Of a stretch of 64,000 nucleotides of DNA, positions 16,365-27,626 are shown piece after piece. Made by a program: the position numbers and the translations under genes. This DNA is from Eubacteriales bacterium (lineage in GTDB: Bacteria; Bacillota; Clostridia; Oscillospirales; CAG-382): contig JAZQGP010000047.1 of assembly GCA_045540015.1 (NCBI GenBank), positions 16,869 through 80,868 on the forward strand, given 5' to 3'. The notes under the pieces were generated by a model. That model saw only the letters and a list, made by a program, of their open reading frames with translations. It had not been told where the DNA came from and did not search any database. Within the stretch, counting starts at the first letter, position 1. Each line of letters begins with the position of its first letter.

Positions 16365-19300
16365 ATGGGAAAGAAGTTTTTACATCTTTTTGCATCTGTT
16401 GTTACCGCTGTAGCTCTTACAGTTGCGGCAAATGCAGCTTTTGCAAAACCCAACACCTACACTGAAGGCCAGTTCAAGGACGTACAGTCAAATGCTTGGT
16501 TTGCCAAGGAAGTTTCCAGCGCATACGAGCTTGGCTTTATGAACGGAACGGCAACTGACGTGTTCAGTCCCGAAGGCAATGTTACAGTTGCTCAGGGTAT
16601 CACAATGGCTTCGCGTGTAAACGCAAGCTACAACGGCAAAGAAATTGCCTCTACCCAAGGCGGTAACTGGTACGACGCTTATGTTAAGTATGCCATAGAC
16701 AACGGCATCATGAAGGACGGTCAGTTTGACTCCTACACAAGAAACATAACCCGTGCCGAAATGGCTACTCTTTTTGCGGATGCAATTCCCGCAAGCGAGT
16801 ACACGGCAATCAACAGCGTTGAGCATATTCCGGACGTAATCGAAAGCAACGATTACGCAAAGAAGATTCTTCTGCTCTACAACGCAGGTATCGTAGTAGG
16901 AAGCGATGACTACGGTACATTCAATCCCGATTCCGATATCAAGAGAAGTGAAAGTGCGGCTATTATCAACCGTGTTGCTCTTCCTGAAAACAGAGTCAAG
17001 AAAACGCTCAAGGAATATAACTTCCGCGATCCTTATTTCTTGCTCGATTTCAACGGAACAGTTGCAAATGGTCTGTCAAATGTTGAATCCACACTTCGTG
17101 AAAACATCAATTCCGGATGGAAAGTTGATAACAGAGGCGGCGCTCCCAGAACAAGCATTGAACAGCCTGTTCCTTCTGTTATCAGTATTGGCAAAAATCA
17201 GCCTACAGCCCTTATCCGCGAGTTCAACAAGATTGACAAGGATATTATCACTGCTGAATTTCAGGTAACACAATCTGTTGAAAAGGGCGGCTTTGTAAAA
17301 TTCTGCGACTTTGACGGCAAGGATGCATTTGTATATGCCATAATCGACGGCTCATGGGCGGTTCTCGGTAAAGACGGCAAATATACAACTATAGCAAAGT
17401 CCAATATTGGCAAGGTTGAAAACTTCAAAGTTTATCTTGACATTCCCGGCGGCAAGGTTAAGACATACATTGAGAACGTGCTTTGCGGTGAACACGAAAT
17501 GCTTTCCGATAACATCGCAAGCATCCATTTCCTTATTGATGAAACTGGCAAAGGCATTATAACTCCCGGCAAGATGACCTTCACGGCAAACTATGCAGTA
17601 TTTGAAAACTTTACTACATATGGCATGGAAGAAGTTTACGGCTGGAAGAAGGAAGGCACTCCCGAAATTAAAGACGAAGAGCTTGTTCTTAAAGGCAAGT
17701 CCACAGTAACAAAGCCCTTCTATGCACCTGTTGATACAAAGTACATCGCTGAAATGCAGACTATATTCCCCGAAGGCGAAAACGCAGGCTTCAAGGTTTT
17801 GAGCGGTACTGCAACAGCAATCCAGCTTGCAAGCAAGGACGGAAAGCTCTATGCTAACGGCAAGGTTGTTTACGAAAAGCTTACTAGGAATATGTGGTAC
17901 AGACTCCGTGTTGAAGCTAATCCTTCAACAGGCAAGGCTGACATCGTTATCAACGGCAGAACTCTTGCAACTGTAGCACTCAACACAACAAAGCCTGTTG
18001 ACAGTCTTGTAATATTCTCCGAAAACGGAAACGCAAAGATTGACGACATCAAAGTTTACAGAAATGTTGACCACTACGATTATGCACCCGCACCTGTTGC
18101 AAAGGCAAACCTCGATGACTATATCCTGGCAATGAATGTTTGCAACATCTGGAATAACAACAGACACTTTGGTTGGGCGTGCATTACTCCTTACGACGAA
18201 AACAAGCCTGTTCTCGGTTACTATGACGAAGAAAACCGTGAAACCGCAGACTGGGAAATCAAGTACATGGTCGAAGGCGGTATTGACGTTCAGGCGATAT
18301 GCTGGTACGCATATACATCCGATGGTCCTATCAAGATAAAAAATAACAACTCGCACCTCGCCGATGGTATCCAGCACGCAAAATATCAGGATTATATGAA
18401 ATACTGCATCATCTGGGAAGCAGGAAGTGGAACAGGTTTCAATTCAAAGCAGTTCAGAGAACACGTTGTTCCTTACTGGTTTGAAAACTACTTCCTCGAT
18501 GAGAACTACGCAGTAATTGACAATAAGCTTCTGCTTGATGTTTTCTCGTTCGAACAACTTAGCACAAAAAAATACTTTGGAAGTATCGCAAAGACAAAGG
18601 AAGAATTTGATTACCTTGAAGAAGTAGCAAGAAGCTACGGCTTTGACGGCTTCATCTTTGTTTCAGACGGCTACACTTCCACAATAGAAGCAGTTGGTAC
18701 TGATGCTTTTGCAGCGTACCACTGGGACAAGATAGGAAACAAATACGAAGTAAACACTCAAAAGAACACCCAGCGTGCAAGTGAAACAAAGACTTCCTAT
18801 GCTATCCCCACAATCAGTGTTGGCTTTACTAACTACGGCTGGCATGATATAAGATATCCAATTATGACTCCCGAAGACTGGGATAAGAGCCATGAATGGG
18901 TTAAGAATACCTACATTCCAAAGTACGCAAAGAAGGATACCTGGCAGGAAAAGATGGTCTGGATATCCACCTGGAACGAATACGGCGAAGGTACATACAT
19001 AATGCCCTGCGAAGGACTTTACGGCTTTGCTTACCTTGATACACTCAGAGATAAGTACACAGATATGCCCAAAGACCTTCCCGCTGTTATTCCCAACGAA
19101 GCACAGCTTGAGCGTATCAACCACCTCTATCCTCAGCATGCAAGACTTCTCAGAAACCAGAGCTCCTATGTAGATCCTCTTTCTGCTACAGCAAACAAGA
19201 AGGAATACGAGACTGTAAAAACCATTGTTCCTTCCGAGGGATTTGCTAAAGAGATAAACAGAATCGGCGATATTACTTATAGCAACGGAATTATGACAGG

Positions 19301-20972
19301 CATAAGTACAGGAGATGACTTCAATTTCCTTGTTGACGGTGTTTCCGGACTCGACCTTACCGGAATTGCAGGTATAAACCTTGAGATTAAAATTCCCAAA
19401 GACAAGGGCGTGCAGGTGTTCTTTGACACCGCAGAAGAACCCGGTCTCAGCGAAGCAAAATCCGTTACTGCATATTCAAATGGCGAAATGCAAACAATGT
19501 TCATTAACTTTGCGGACAAGTGCGGTGCTGCATGGAGCGGAACTCTTAAGACTCTGAGAATCGACCCCGCTAGCGGCACAAACATCGAATTCAAGATTGG
19601 TAAGATCGAATTTGTAAAAGTTAAAGAAGTTGTAATCGATACCAAATACGCATTCGAAAACAAGCTGTTTGTAAACGGCATAGAAATAAGCGGCGATATC
19701 CATCCCGAAAAAGCCGGCAACACCGTAGTATATCCCTTCGACCCCGAAACAGCGGTTGACCATATTCTCTATACGTTTATGGATTGGGACCACGACGCAA
19801 GAGTTCTTACACTTACAGGTAACAACCATACCGTATCCTTCAAGGACGGCTCCGACAGATACACTGTTGACGGCGTTGAAAAGAAGCTTGGTTACACCCT
19901 CTACTCTGTAGACGGCATTCCTATGATTGACTTCAAGGTTCTTGCAAATGCTCTCGGCTACACATTCAAGCAGGACGGCACAAACGCATACGTTGAAACT
20001 CCCGAAATAGAGATGTTCAACAACTATAATAAGGAAGCTAACTGGATGTTCTCCAACTATACAAGCGACGGTTGGAAACCAAGTGCCAACTCGAAGTTTA
20101 TCTTTAACAGCGGTGATTATATCACTATAGATTTCTCAACCGGAACAAACAAAGACTTCCACATGTTGGCCGGCTCCAAGCTTAATTTCCCCGCAAAGAA
20201 GTATAAGGCGATTGAGCTCAAGGTTCGCTACAAATACGAAAGTGATCACCCTCACGGCTCAGTATTCTACTTCACAACATCACTTGACAGCACATGGAAC
20301 GAAAGCAAAACATTTGTAAATTACCTTAGATCTGCCGACTCTAATGGCGAATGGGAAACATACACTATAGACCTTACTTCCAACACTAAATGGCTTGGCG
20401 ATGTTACGGGCTTGAGATTCGACCCGTTCAATGCTTACGGTTACATGGACATTGAATATATCAAGTTCATTGAAGACCCTGATTACGTTCCCGAAGCAAA
20501 AATAACAGGTATAATCAACGGCGATGCAGAAACTCCCGGTGTCATTTTCTTCACCGGAGCCACCGTCACGATTGAAGAGGATGAAACAAAGCCCGGCAAC
20601 CATGTTTACCGCTTCACAGGTCCTAAAAGCAAGTCATGGACTTATGCAAAACACGCATACCCCTTTGAAACAGGTAAAAAGTACCGCATTGCCTTTGATG
20701 TAAGAGGCCTCGGCGACACCGCCGGAAATAAGCCGAAAATGGAATTCTGCGTTAACATTCAGTATCCCGACGCAAACGGCAGTACGGCACACATCGCAAA
20801 GGGCTTGTGGCTGGAATCCAACGCCGTATGGCAACACATAGAATTTACATATTCTCCCGGCACAATAGCAGGTACAGGTCAAACTTCATTCTCCTGCTAC
20901 GTTTCGCCTCCCGGAGATAATGTGTCCGGTATATATGAGCTTGACAATGTTGTAGTTGAAGAAATCAAATAA
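16365..20972 (+). CDS. SLH-domain cell-surface protein (1535 aa) with a WbsX/GH99-like central domain and a CBM-like C-terminus
   Basis: Signal peptide ending ANAAFA. SLH repeats (FKDV..AWFAKEV.., FSPEGNVT, FNPDSDIKRSE). Central segment has GYYDEENRETADWEIKYMVEGGIDV and WNEYGEGTYIMP. Beta-sandwich-like C-terminal repeats. Confidence 0.88.
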   Translation: MGKKFLHLFASVVTAVALTVAANAAFAKPNTYTEGQFKDVQSNAWFAKEVSSAYELGFMNGTATDVFSPEGNVTVAQGITMASRVNASYNGKEIASTQGGNWYDAYVKYAIDNGIMKDGQFDSYTRNITRAEMATLFADAIPASEYTAINSVEHIPDVIESNDYAKKILLLYNAGIVVGSDDYGTFNPDSDIKRSESAAIINRVALPENRVKKTLKEYNFRDPYFLLDFNGTVANGLSNVESTLRENINSGWKVDNRGGAPRTSIEQPVPSVISIGKNQPTALIREFNKIDKDIITAEFQVTQSVEKGGFVKFCDFDGKDAFVYAIIDGSWAVLGKDGKYTTIAKSNIGKVENFKVYLDIPGGKVKTYIENVLCGEHEMLSDNIASIHFLIDETGKGIITPGKMTFTANYAVFENFTTYGMEEVYGWKKEGTPEIKDEELVLKGKSTVTKPFYAPVDTKYIAEMQTIFPEGENAGFKVLSGTATAIQLASKDGKLYANGKVVYEKLTRNMWYRLRVEANPSTGKADIVINGRTLATVALNTTKPVDSLVIFSENGNAKIDDIKVYRNVDHYDYAPAPVAKANLDDYILAMNVCNIWNNNRHFGWACITPYDENKPVLGYYDEENRETADWEIKYMVEGGIDVQAICWYAYTSDGPIKIKNNNSHLADGIQHAKYQDYMKYCIIWEAGSGTGFNSKQFREHVVPYWFENYFLDENYAVIDNKLLLDVFSFEQLSTKKYFGSIAKTKEEFDYLEEVARSYGFDGFIFVSDGYTSTIEAVGTDAFAAYHWDKIGNKYEVNTQKNTQRASETKTSYAIPTISVGFTNYGWHDIRYPIMTPEDWDKSHEWVKNTYIPKYAKKDTWQEKMVWISTWNEYGEGTYIMPCEGLYGFAYLDTLRDKYTDMPKDLPAVIPNEAQLERINHLYPQHARLLRNQSSYVDPLSATANKKEYETVKTIVPSEGFAKEINRIGDITYSNGIMTGISTGDDFNFLVDGVSGLDLTGIAGINLEIKIPKDKGVQVFFDTAEEPGLSEAKSVTAYSNGEMQTMFINFADKCGAAWSGTLKTLRIDPASGTNIEFKIGKIEFVKVKEVVIDTKYAFENKLFVNGIEISGDIHPEKAGNTVVYPFDPETAVDHILYTFMDWDHDARVLTLTGNNHTVSFKDGSDRYTVDGVEKKLGYTLYSVDGIPMIDFKVLANALGYTFKQDGTNAYVETPEIEMFNNYNKEANWMFSNYTSDGWKPSANSKFIFNSGDYITIDFSTGTNKDFHMLAGSKLNFPAKKYKAIELKVRYKYESDHPHGSVFYFTTSLDSTWNESKTFVNYLRSADSNGEWETYTIDLTSNTKWLGDVTGLRFDPFNAYGYMDIEYIKFIEDPDYVPEAKITGIINGDAETPGVIFFTGATVTIEEDETKPGNHVYRFTGPKSKSWTYAKHAYPFETGKKYRIAFDVRGLGDTAGNKPKMEFCVNIQYPDANGSTAHIAKGLWLESNAVWQHIEFTYSPGTIAGTGQTSFSCYVSPPGDNVSGIYELDNVVVEEIK

Positions 20973-21015
20973 CAACAAGCAATTTATCGCATAAAGTGAT
21001 ACACAATTAAAAACT

Positions 21016-21056
21016 CCCCACCTGGGCCAAACAAAGCCCGGGTGGGGTTTCTTTAT
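21016..21056 (+). terminator. intrinsic terminator of the SLH protein gene
   Basis: CCCCACCTGGGC-8 nt-GCCCGGGTGGGG followed by TTTCTTT. Confidence 0.75.
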
Positions 21057-21103
21057 ACTTGTGTTATGGAAATCAGTAACCGAAATACATTATTGCTTTG
21101 ATT

Positions 21104-21481
21104 TCATACCGAATTTTTAATGATTCCCTCGAAAACACCGAATATCAGCGAAAACAGGCTTCCGACATACTCTATCGGAAAACTCACTGCCTTTTTTGCG
21201 AGGCTCAAACCATGCTCGCCAAGAAATACTTTGTTACAGTCAAAAAGACCCTGTACGGCAGTAATAAATCGAGGCGATACAACATATTCGTTTCCAAAAA
21301 AGAACATAGTCCTTGTTTCTTCCTCAAAATACAGCACCTTGTCATCATCACCGAGGGTTGCCGCTGCGGCAATTGCCGCTATTACAATGCCTGTTATGAC
21401 AAAGGCAGTTAAAAATGTATATGATGTTTTTAAAAATGCTTTCATATTCCTCTCCAAATTCAATTCCTCGGCAAATTTCAT
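21104..21481 (-). CDS. hypothetical membrane protein downstream of spoIIP (same position as yqxA in Bacillus)
   Basis: 125-aa ORF starting 3 nt after the spoIIP stop, with one clear TM helix. Start codon is uncertain (the alternative is Met13). Confidence 0.45.
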   Translation of the reverse strand: MKFAEELNLERNMKAFLKTSYTFLTAFVITGIVIAAIAAAATLGDDDKVLYFEEETRTMFFFGNEYVVSPRFITAVQGLFDCNKVFLGEHGLSLAKKAVSFPIEYVGSLFSLIFGVFEGIIKNSV

Positions 21482-21483
21482 TT

Positions 21484-22878
21484 TTATCCTGCTGACTGCT
21501 GCTCAAGTATCCGCTTTGCAAGAACAATTCCAAAAGCCTCTGCACTGCGTTTTGCTTCCTCAAGGGTGTTTCCGCATGCTCCTGTTTCGAGAATCACATA
21601 TCCCGGCGAAAGCTGCTCGTTAAACGACACGCTTCTCAGATTAATCGGTCTCATAAGGCTCGGATACATCTCGTTAACGCTTCTTTGCATATCAAGTGCA
21701 AAGCTGAGATTGTCCTGCCAGTTCGGATGCTTAAAGCCTGCTTCGTTTGTGCCGATTACAAACATAAGCTGCGCATAGTTCTCTCCTGCAATAACAGCCG
21801 TCGGTGCTTTTTTTTCGCCGTCATCTGATATTATTGCATCTCTGTGCAGGTCTATTACAAATCTTATTGACGGATTAGCCGACAGCAGAGCATTCGCCTC
21901 GTTGAGAGACGATGTGTAGGCGTCGAGAAACGATGCCTTGTCGTGAAGCGTCTTACTGTGGATCACCGGTATACCAAAATCCTTCAATGTGCTTGCAAGC
22001 TTTTCACCCACAGCAACAACATTCTGTTCGATATCTTCGCTTCTTGTCGGCTCATCTTTTCGGTACACTCCGTTTTCGCCCTTTGTATAGCATTCGGTCG
22101 CATGCGTGTGGAGTATAAGCACAAGCGGCTCGTCGGTGATAACAAAATTCTCGTATGCCTTTGGAGTCACCAGCGAAAGAGCCGATACATCCGGTTTGAG
22201 CTTTGTCTGGTTTGATAGCATCAAGAGATTGTCCTTTGACAAATCCGCATGTACAAGGGGGAGATAAACCTCTCCGTCCGAGCCACTTTTTCCGGCAGTC
22301 TGCTCAGAAGCATTTACAATTTCTCCCGATAGTGGAACGTCTTGAAAAGCATTTCCCGCACCTTCTGCAGTACCCTTTTCTCCGCTTGCCGCTATCTGCC
22401 GCATAGGATTGTCTGTTGGGCTTTCTTTTGGAGCGTAAGATAAGTATACAGGTATACTTTCAAAACTTGCAGACTTCCCGGAGTATACGGTTTCTTCGCC
22501 GAAAGCCAAGTCGTTTTTCCGTTCGCCGCCAAAGAACTCAAACAAGCCGATTGCAACACGGCAAACGCTTTCCGGAGCATATATGCCGCTGTACGAAAGA
22601 TACAAAACCCCGACAGCCGCAATCAGACTGAAAAGCGATGACAGCACAACAGAAATTCCCGACACACGTCTTCGACTTCGTCGTATACGTCTCAATTCCC
22701 GGCGTACGCTTCGACGGCTTACCGAAACAGCCGGGTAAGGTGTATAGCTGTCTCTGTCTATTTCAGTAACAGAAGGAATTTCCCTTGTTATTTCATTCTC
22801 CCTGTTTGTGTCGACCGCCTTGTTTTCGTTCTGTAAACGGATGCTTTGCCCCGGTCTGTTGTATATCAATGCTCTCAC
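21484..22878 (-). CDS. spoIIP: stage II sporulation protein P
   Basis: 464-aa ORF with an N-terminal TM helix and a C-terminal SpoIIP amidase-like domain (VLILHTHATECY, IDLHRDA, MFVIGTN). Adjacent to gpr, as in other endospore formers. Confidence 0.85.
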   Translation of the reverse strand: MRALIYNRPGQSIRLQNENKAVDTNRENEITREIPSVTEIDRDSYTPYPAVSVSRRSVRRELRRIRRSRRRVSGISVVLSSLFSLIAAVGVLYLSYSGIYAPESVCRVAIGLFEFFGGERKNDLAFGEETVYSGKSASFESIPVYLSYAPKESPTDNPMRQIAASGEKGTAEGAGNAFQDVPLSGEIVNASEQTAGKSGSDGEVYLPLVHADLSKDNLLMLSNQTKLKPDVSALSLVTPKAYENFVITDEPLVLILHTHATECYTKGENGVYRKDEPTRSEDIEQNVVAVGEKLASTLKDFGIPVIHSKTLHDKASFLDAYTSSLNEANALLSANPSIRFVIDLHRDAIISDDGEKKAPTAVIAGENYAQLMFVIGTNEAGFKHPNWQDNLSFALDMQRSVNEMYPSLMRPINLRSVSFNEQLSPGYVILETGACGNTLEEAKRSAEAFGIVLAKRILEQQSAG

Positions 22879-22937
22879 GCCCTTTGCAATCTTCTACAAA
22901 AAAGTATACGCTTTATTACTTTTAAATATGACAAGAT

Positions 22938-23888
22938 TCAGGAAAGGAATTCATCTATCTCCTCTTTTGAGAGATTCTCGTGAAGCGCGAGATTTATAGC
23001 ATATCCGAGAAGCTTTGCTGTATCTCTTATAATATGATCGGTCTCCTTCGGCGTTACAAAAAAGTTGCCGTTTCCCTCAGACAAAGTCTGTTTAATTTTC
23101 TCAAGCTGCGGATTTTCGTCCTCTGACTCATCATCCGTCTGCGCTGAGCAAAGCAGGTCATATGCCAAAGTAGATGCCTCAACAACAGTCGGAATTCCTA
23201 TTGCTATAACCGGCACTCCGAGATTCTCAAGACTCAGAGCCTTTCTTGTATTATTTATACCCGATCCCGGAGAAATGCCCGTGTCGCAAACCTGTACAGT
23301 CGTTGCAAGGCGCGACAGCTTTCTTGAAGCAAGTGCATCAATGGCTATAACAAAATCGGGTTTTGCATTTTTTACAACAGAAGCCACAATATCGGCACCT
23401 TCAAGTCCGGTACTGCCAAGCACCCCCGGGCACACACACATTGTATCGCGAAGTTTAAGCTGTTCAAACAACAACGGGTCGGTTTGTTTTATATGGTGTG
23501 TGACTATAACATTTGAAGCGGTAAACGGTCCGACGGCATCTGCAACAATCGCTGAATTTCCAAGTCCTGCAACAAGACAGCTCTGTGCGTTTTCAGGTAT
23601 AAAACTTCCTATCACCTTTGCAGCGGCATTCATGGCATTTGTGAAGGTTTCGCCGTCACTGTTCCAGATTTGCCCGACATTGACAGTTGAGTACCTGCCC
23701 ATCGGTTTTCCTGTGATATTTTCACCTTCAGAGTTCAAAACCTCCAGAAAATCCACCGAAATTCCAAAAAACGAGCGGTTTTCATAGTATGTTCCGTCGG
23801 GTTCACCGCCATTTCTTTCTTTCCAATACTCTCTTACCTCACTTGCAAGATCAGTTCTGACTGTGAAAATTGTACTAAAATCCTTCAT
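22938..23888 (-). CDS. gpr: germination protease (GPR endopeptidase)
   Basis: 316-aa ORF with the typical N-terminus (RTDLASE) and conserved core. Divergent from rpsT and upstream of spoIIP (conserved synteny). Confidence 0.88.
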   Translation of the reverse strand: MKDFSTIFTVRTDLASEVREYWKERNGGEPDGTYYENRSFFGISVDFLEVLNSEGENITGKPMGRYSTVNVGQIWNSDGETFTNAMNAAAKVIGSFIPENAQSCLVAGLGNSAIVADAVGPFTASNVIVTHHIKQTDPLLFEQLKLRDTMCVCPGVLGSTGLEGADIVASVVKNAKPDFVIAIDALASRKLSRLATTVQVCDTGISPGSGINNTRKALSLENLGVPVIAIGIPTVVEASTLAYDLLCSAQTDDESEDENPQLEKIKQTLSEGNGNFFVTPKETDHIIRDTAKLLGYAINLALHENLSKEEIDEFLS

Positions 23889-24032
23889 TTGACCTCCGTA
23901 TTTCCGTAAAAATTGAAAAAGTTGTTAAAATTATTCATTTAGACTTGTAATTTTGTGAAAAGCGTGATAAAATACACAGGAATAAATGTATTAGTGTGCC
24001 TTCGGGTGCGCAAAATCGGGGAGGTGAACATT

Positions 24033-24296
24033 TTGCCGAATATTAAGTCAGCTAAGAAGCGTGTAAAGGTTTCCGCAGTTAAAACAATGCAGAACCAGAT
24101 GTTCAAGACAAGCCTTAAGACTACTCTCAAGAAGTTTGAGCAGGCTGTTGCTGCAGGCGACAAGGCCGCTGCTGAGGTTTGCTACAAGGACGCTGTAAGC
24201 AAGATCGACAAGGCTACCGTAAGAGGTACTCTTCACATCAACGCAGCAGCAAGAAAAAAGAGCCAGTTTACTAACATGCTTAACGCAATGAAGTAA
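24033..24296 (+). CDS. rpsT: 30S ribosomal protein S20
   Basis: TTG start 6 nt after GGGGAGGTG. Sequence PNIKSAKKRVKVS... is the canonical S20 N-terminus. Confidence 0.9.
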   Translation: MPNIKSAKKRVKVSAVKTMQNQMFKTSLKTTLKKFEQAVAAGDKAAAEVCYKDAVSKIDKATVRGTLHINAAARKKSQFTNMLNAMK

Positions 24297-24317
24297 TTTG
24301 TCTTATATTTTCAGAGT

Positions 24318-24346
24318 CAGTCCCGGTTTATGCCGGGACTTTTTCT
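24318..24346 (+). terminator. rpsT intrinsic terminator
   Basis: AGTCCCGG-6 nt-CCGGGACT followed by TTTTCTT. Confidence 0.75.
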
Positions 24347-24348
24347 TC

Positions 24349-24867
24349 CGCTTTTTTTGAAAAAAGCTTAGCACTTACTTTTTTGAAAAAAAGTAAGCAA
24401 AAAACTTTTGAACGGTGAAATCGAAATTTGAGAAACTTCGATTTCACAAAATTCTCCCAACAAATTAAAACCAAATTTGGAACAACATCAATATAAATTC
24501 AACTTTATTTATTTCTCTATAATTTTGAATTGCTCCATTGCTGCGGCTTTACAAGTAATCGCCGTAAACTATGGGAGCAGCAAATACAAGACCAAATAGA
24601 AGTGAGAAGGTTAGTGTTCTTTTGAAAAATAGTGAAAATGATAGGCGTCGGTGACAAGGGAAGAATACATAAGGAAACCGTAGGTGTCCTTATGGGCATC
24701 TTTTGCCTACTTTTACTCTACGAGCACCACGTCTGGGCAAGCAGAAAACGTAGGACCTCCGCGGCGAGCGGAAATCAACAATTAAATGTGAAATCGCCCC
24801 GACGCCAGTCGGCAATGTAATCCGCCCCCACGGCAGTGGAAAACCGTAAACTTAATTTATAATTACA
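24349..24867. repeat. modular intergenic repeat, copy A (long form)
   Basis: A/T palindromes (24349-24398), hairpin GTGAAATCGAA/TTCGATTTCAC (24415-24447) and a ~135-nt block 24531-24665 that is ~70% identical to 55716-55855. GC-rich small hairpins follow. Confidence 0.7.
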
Positions 24868-24870
24868 CAT

Positions 24871-24900
24871 TCAACTTTTTCTTTCAATAGTTGAGTTTTT
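24871..24900 (+). terminator. hairpin plus T-run closing the copy A intergenic region
   Basis: TCAACT-12 nt-AGTTGA followed by GTTTTT. Confidence 0.4.
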
Positions 24901-24902
24901 CA

Positions 24903-25301
24903 TCAAAAAATATTCTCCAAGCTCACGCCCTCGTTCGTTTCAAATTGCTCAAGAATGTCCTTTGCCGTTTCAAGCGAAGCAAGATACGACGGATAATCGC
25001 CCGAAGCAAAATATTCCTTTGCAGGAAGAAAATATTCGGTAAACCGCCCTGCCGCATTGTGCTCAAGCGTGATGTAAATATACTCCTCATGCTTTTTCCA
25101 AAGCTTCTCGATATTCTTTAATGTTTTCTCGTGTTCGGCAAAATCCTTGTCCGATAACATATCAACTTTCTCATGAGTGTCAGGCAGCGTATTCATTAAG
25201 TCCGTTATTTCTTCAAAAACATTTTTAAGAAAAACCGTGTTGGCAGTCACAAACACTGTAACCGCAAGAAACAGAACAAGGCTTGACACAAATGTTTTCA
25301 A
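24903..25301 (-). CDS. DUF4363-like small membrane-anchored protein
   Basis: 132-aa ORF with an N-terminal TM helix, overlapping by 4 nt the stop of the DUF421 gene upstream of it (a common pairing in Clostridia). Family name is from memory. Confidence 0.65.
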   Translation of the reverse strand: MKTFVSSLVLFLAVTVFVTANTVFLKNVFEEITDLMNTLPDTHEKVDMLSDKDFAEHEKTLKNIEKLWKKHEEYIYITLEHNAAGRFTEYFLPAKEYFASGDYPSYLASLETAKDILEQFETNEGVSLENIF

Positions 25302-25996
25302 TTTTTACCCTTCCCCTTTTCCGTCTTTATCAGCGTTACTTTACCGGCATCATTAACCCCCATGAAAAAAACCTCCTTAATACTGTTATACCCCTCACTT
25401 ATCAGAGTATTTTTTAGCCACTCTTCGTCAAGGCCGCATTCCTTAAGGTTGTGCTTCATAACCTTTCCGTCCGACACTATAATGTGTTCTATCCCCTTTT
25501 CAAATACTTTAATATTCATATCCTCGCGTGAAGGAGGCAAATCCTTTGCTTTTTGTATAACACTCAGCTTTCCGCTCGGTTCAAGTATCGCATACTCAAT
25601 ATCCGATATCTGCGACACCCCGAGAACTCTCAGCGATGACATAAGCTCGCTCAGTGTAAGACGTGAATTAAACAGCTCCTTCCTGCTAATCTCGCCTTTG
25701 CTTATAAGAATTGCCGGTGTTCCCGACATAAGCTTTGAAAAGGCCGCACTTTTAAGACCGGCAAATGACAGAAAAACTTCAAGACAGACAAGCGTTGCCG
25801 CAGGAATAATGCCGTACAGCAGAGGAATGTTGTTATTGGTTATCGGAATTGACGCAAGCTCTGAAATCATGAACGTTGTGACAAGCTCCGTAAGCTCAAG
25901 CTGGCCCACTTCCCTTTTGCCCGAAAGCCGCAAAAACAACACAAGAAGCAGATAAAGAATAACCGTTCTTATGAAAATGTTGGCCATTTTGCTCAT
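25298..25996 (-). CDS. DUF421 (YetF/YrbG-like) membrane protein
   Basis: 232-aa ORF with N-terminal TM helices containing RLSGKREVGQL..DLV-type motifs and a C-terminal soluble domain. Confidence 0.8.
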   Translation of the reverse strand: MSKMANIFIRTVILYLLLVLFLRLSGKREVGQLELTELVTTFMISELASIPITNNNIPLLYGIIPAATLVCLEVFLSFAGLKSAAFSKLMSGTPAILISKGEISRKELFNSRLTLSELMSSLRVLGVSQISDIEYAILEPSGKLSVIQKAKDLPPSREDMNIKVFEKGIEHIIVSDGKVMKHNLKECGLDEEWLKNTLISEGYNSIKEVFFMGVNDAGKVTLIKTEKGKGKN

Positions 25997-26055
25997 CTTC
26001 CCCCTTTATGTTTTAATTTAGTATGGGCGAAACGTGGAAATTTATGCGCAAACTC

Positions 26056-26084
26056 TTGACTAAGACATAAATATCATGTATAAT
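26056..26084 (+). promoter_or_regulatory. candidate guaB promoter
   Basis: TTGACT, 17-nt spacer, TATAAT. Confidence 0.65.
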
Positions 26085-26093
26085 AATGTGTAA

Positions 26094-27596
<1,503 letters not shown>

Positions 27597-27626
27597 TTCA
27601 AAAGTTTTTCAAAGGAGACACAAGTT

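Noticed and set aside
23065-23787. Long antisense ORFs inside confidently called genes. Examples: 240 aa opposite gpr; 222 and 232 aa opposite guaB (26223-27590); 213 aa opposite the 580-aa gene (44260-44901); 189 and 206 aa opposite the GH2 gene; 197 aa opposite the DUF421 gene; and several opposite ilvB and leuA.
   Set aside because: These are shadow ORFs. They have no RBS and low-complexity or Cys/Ser/Phe-biased composition, and each is fully embedded in a gene with strong motif support on the other strand.
24517-24699. 60-aa minus-strand ORF inside repeat copy A.
   Set aside because: It is not conserved in copy C, where the homologous block has stops in all frames, and it has no RBS. The conservation pattern between copies is nucleotide-level, not codon-like.
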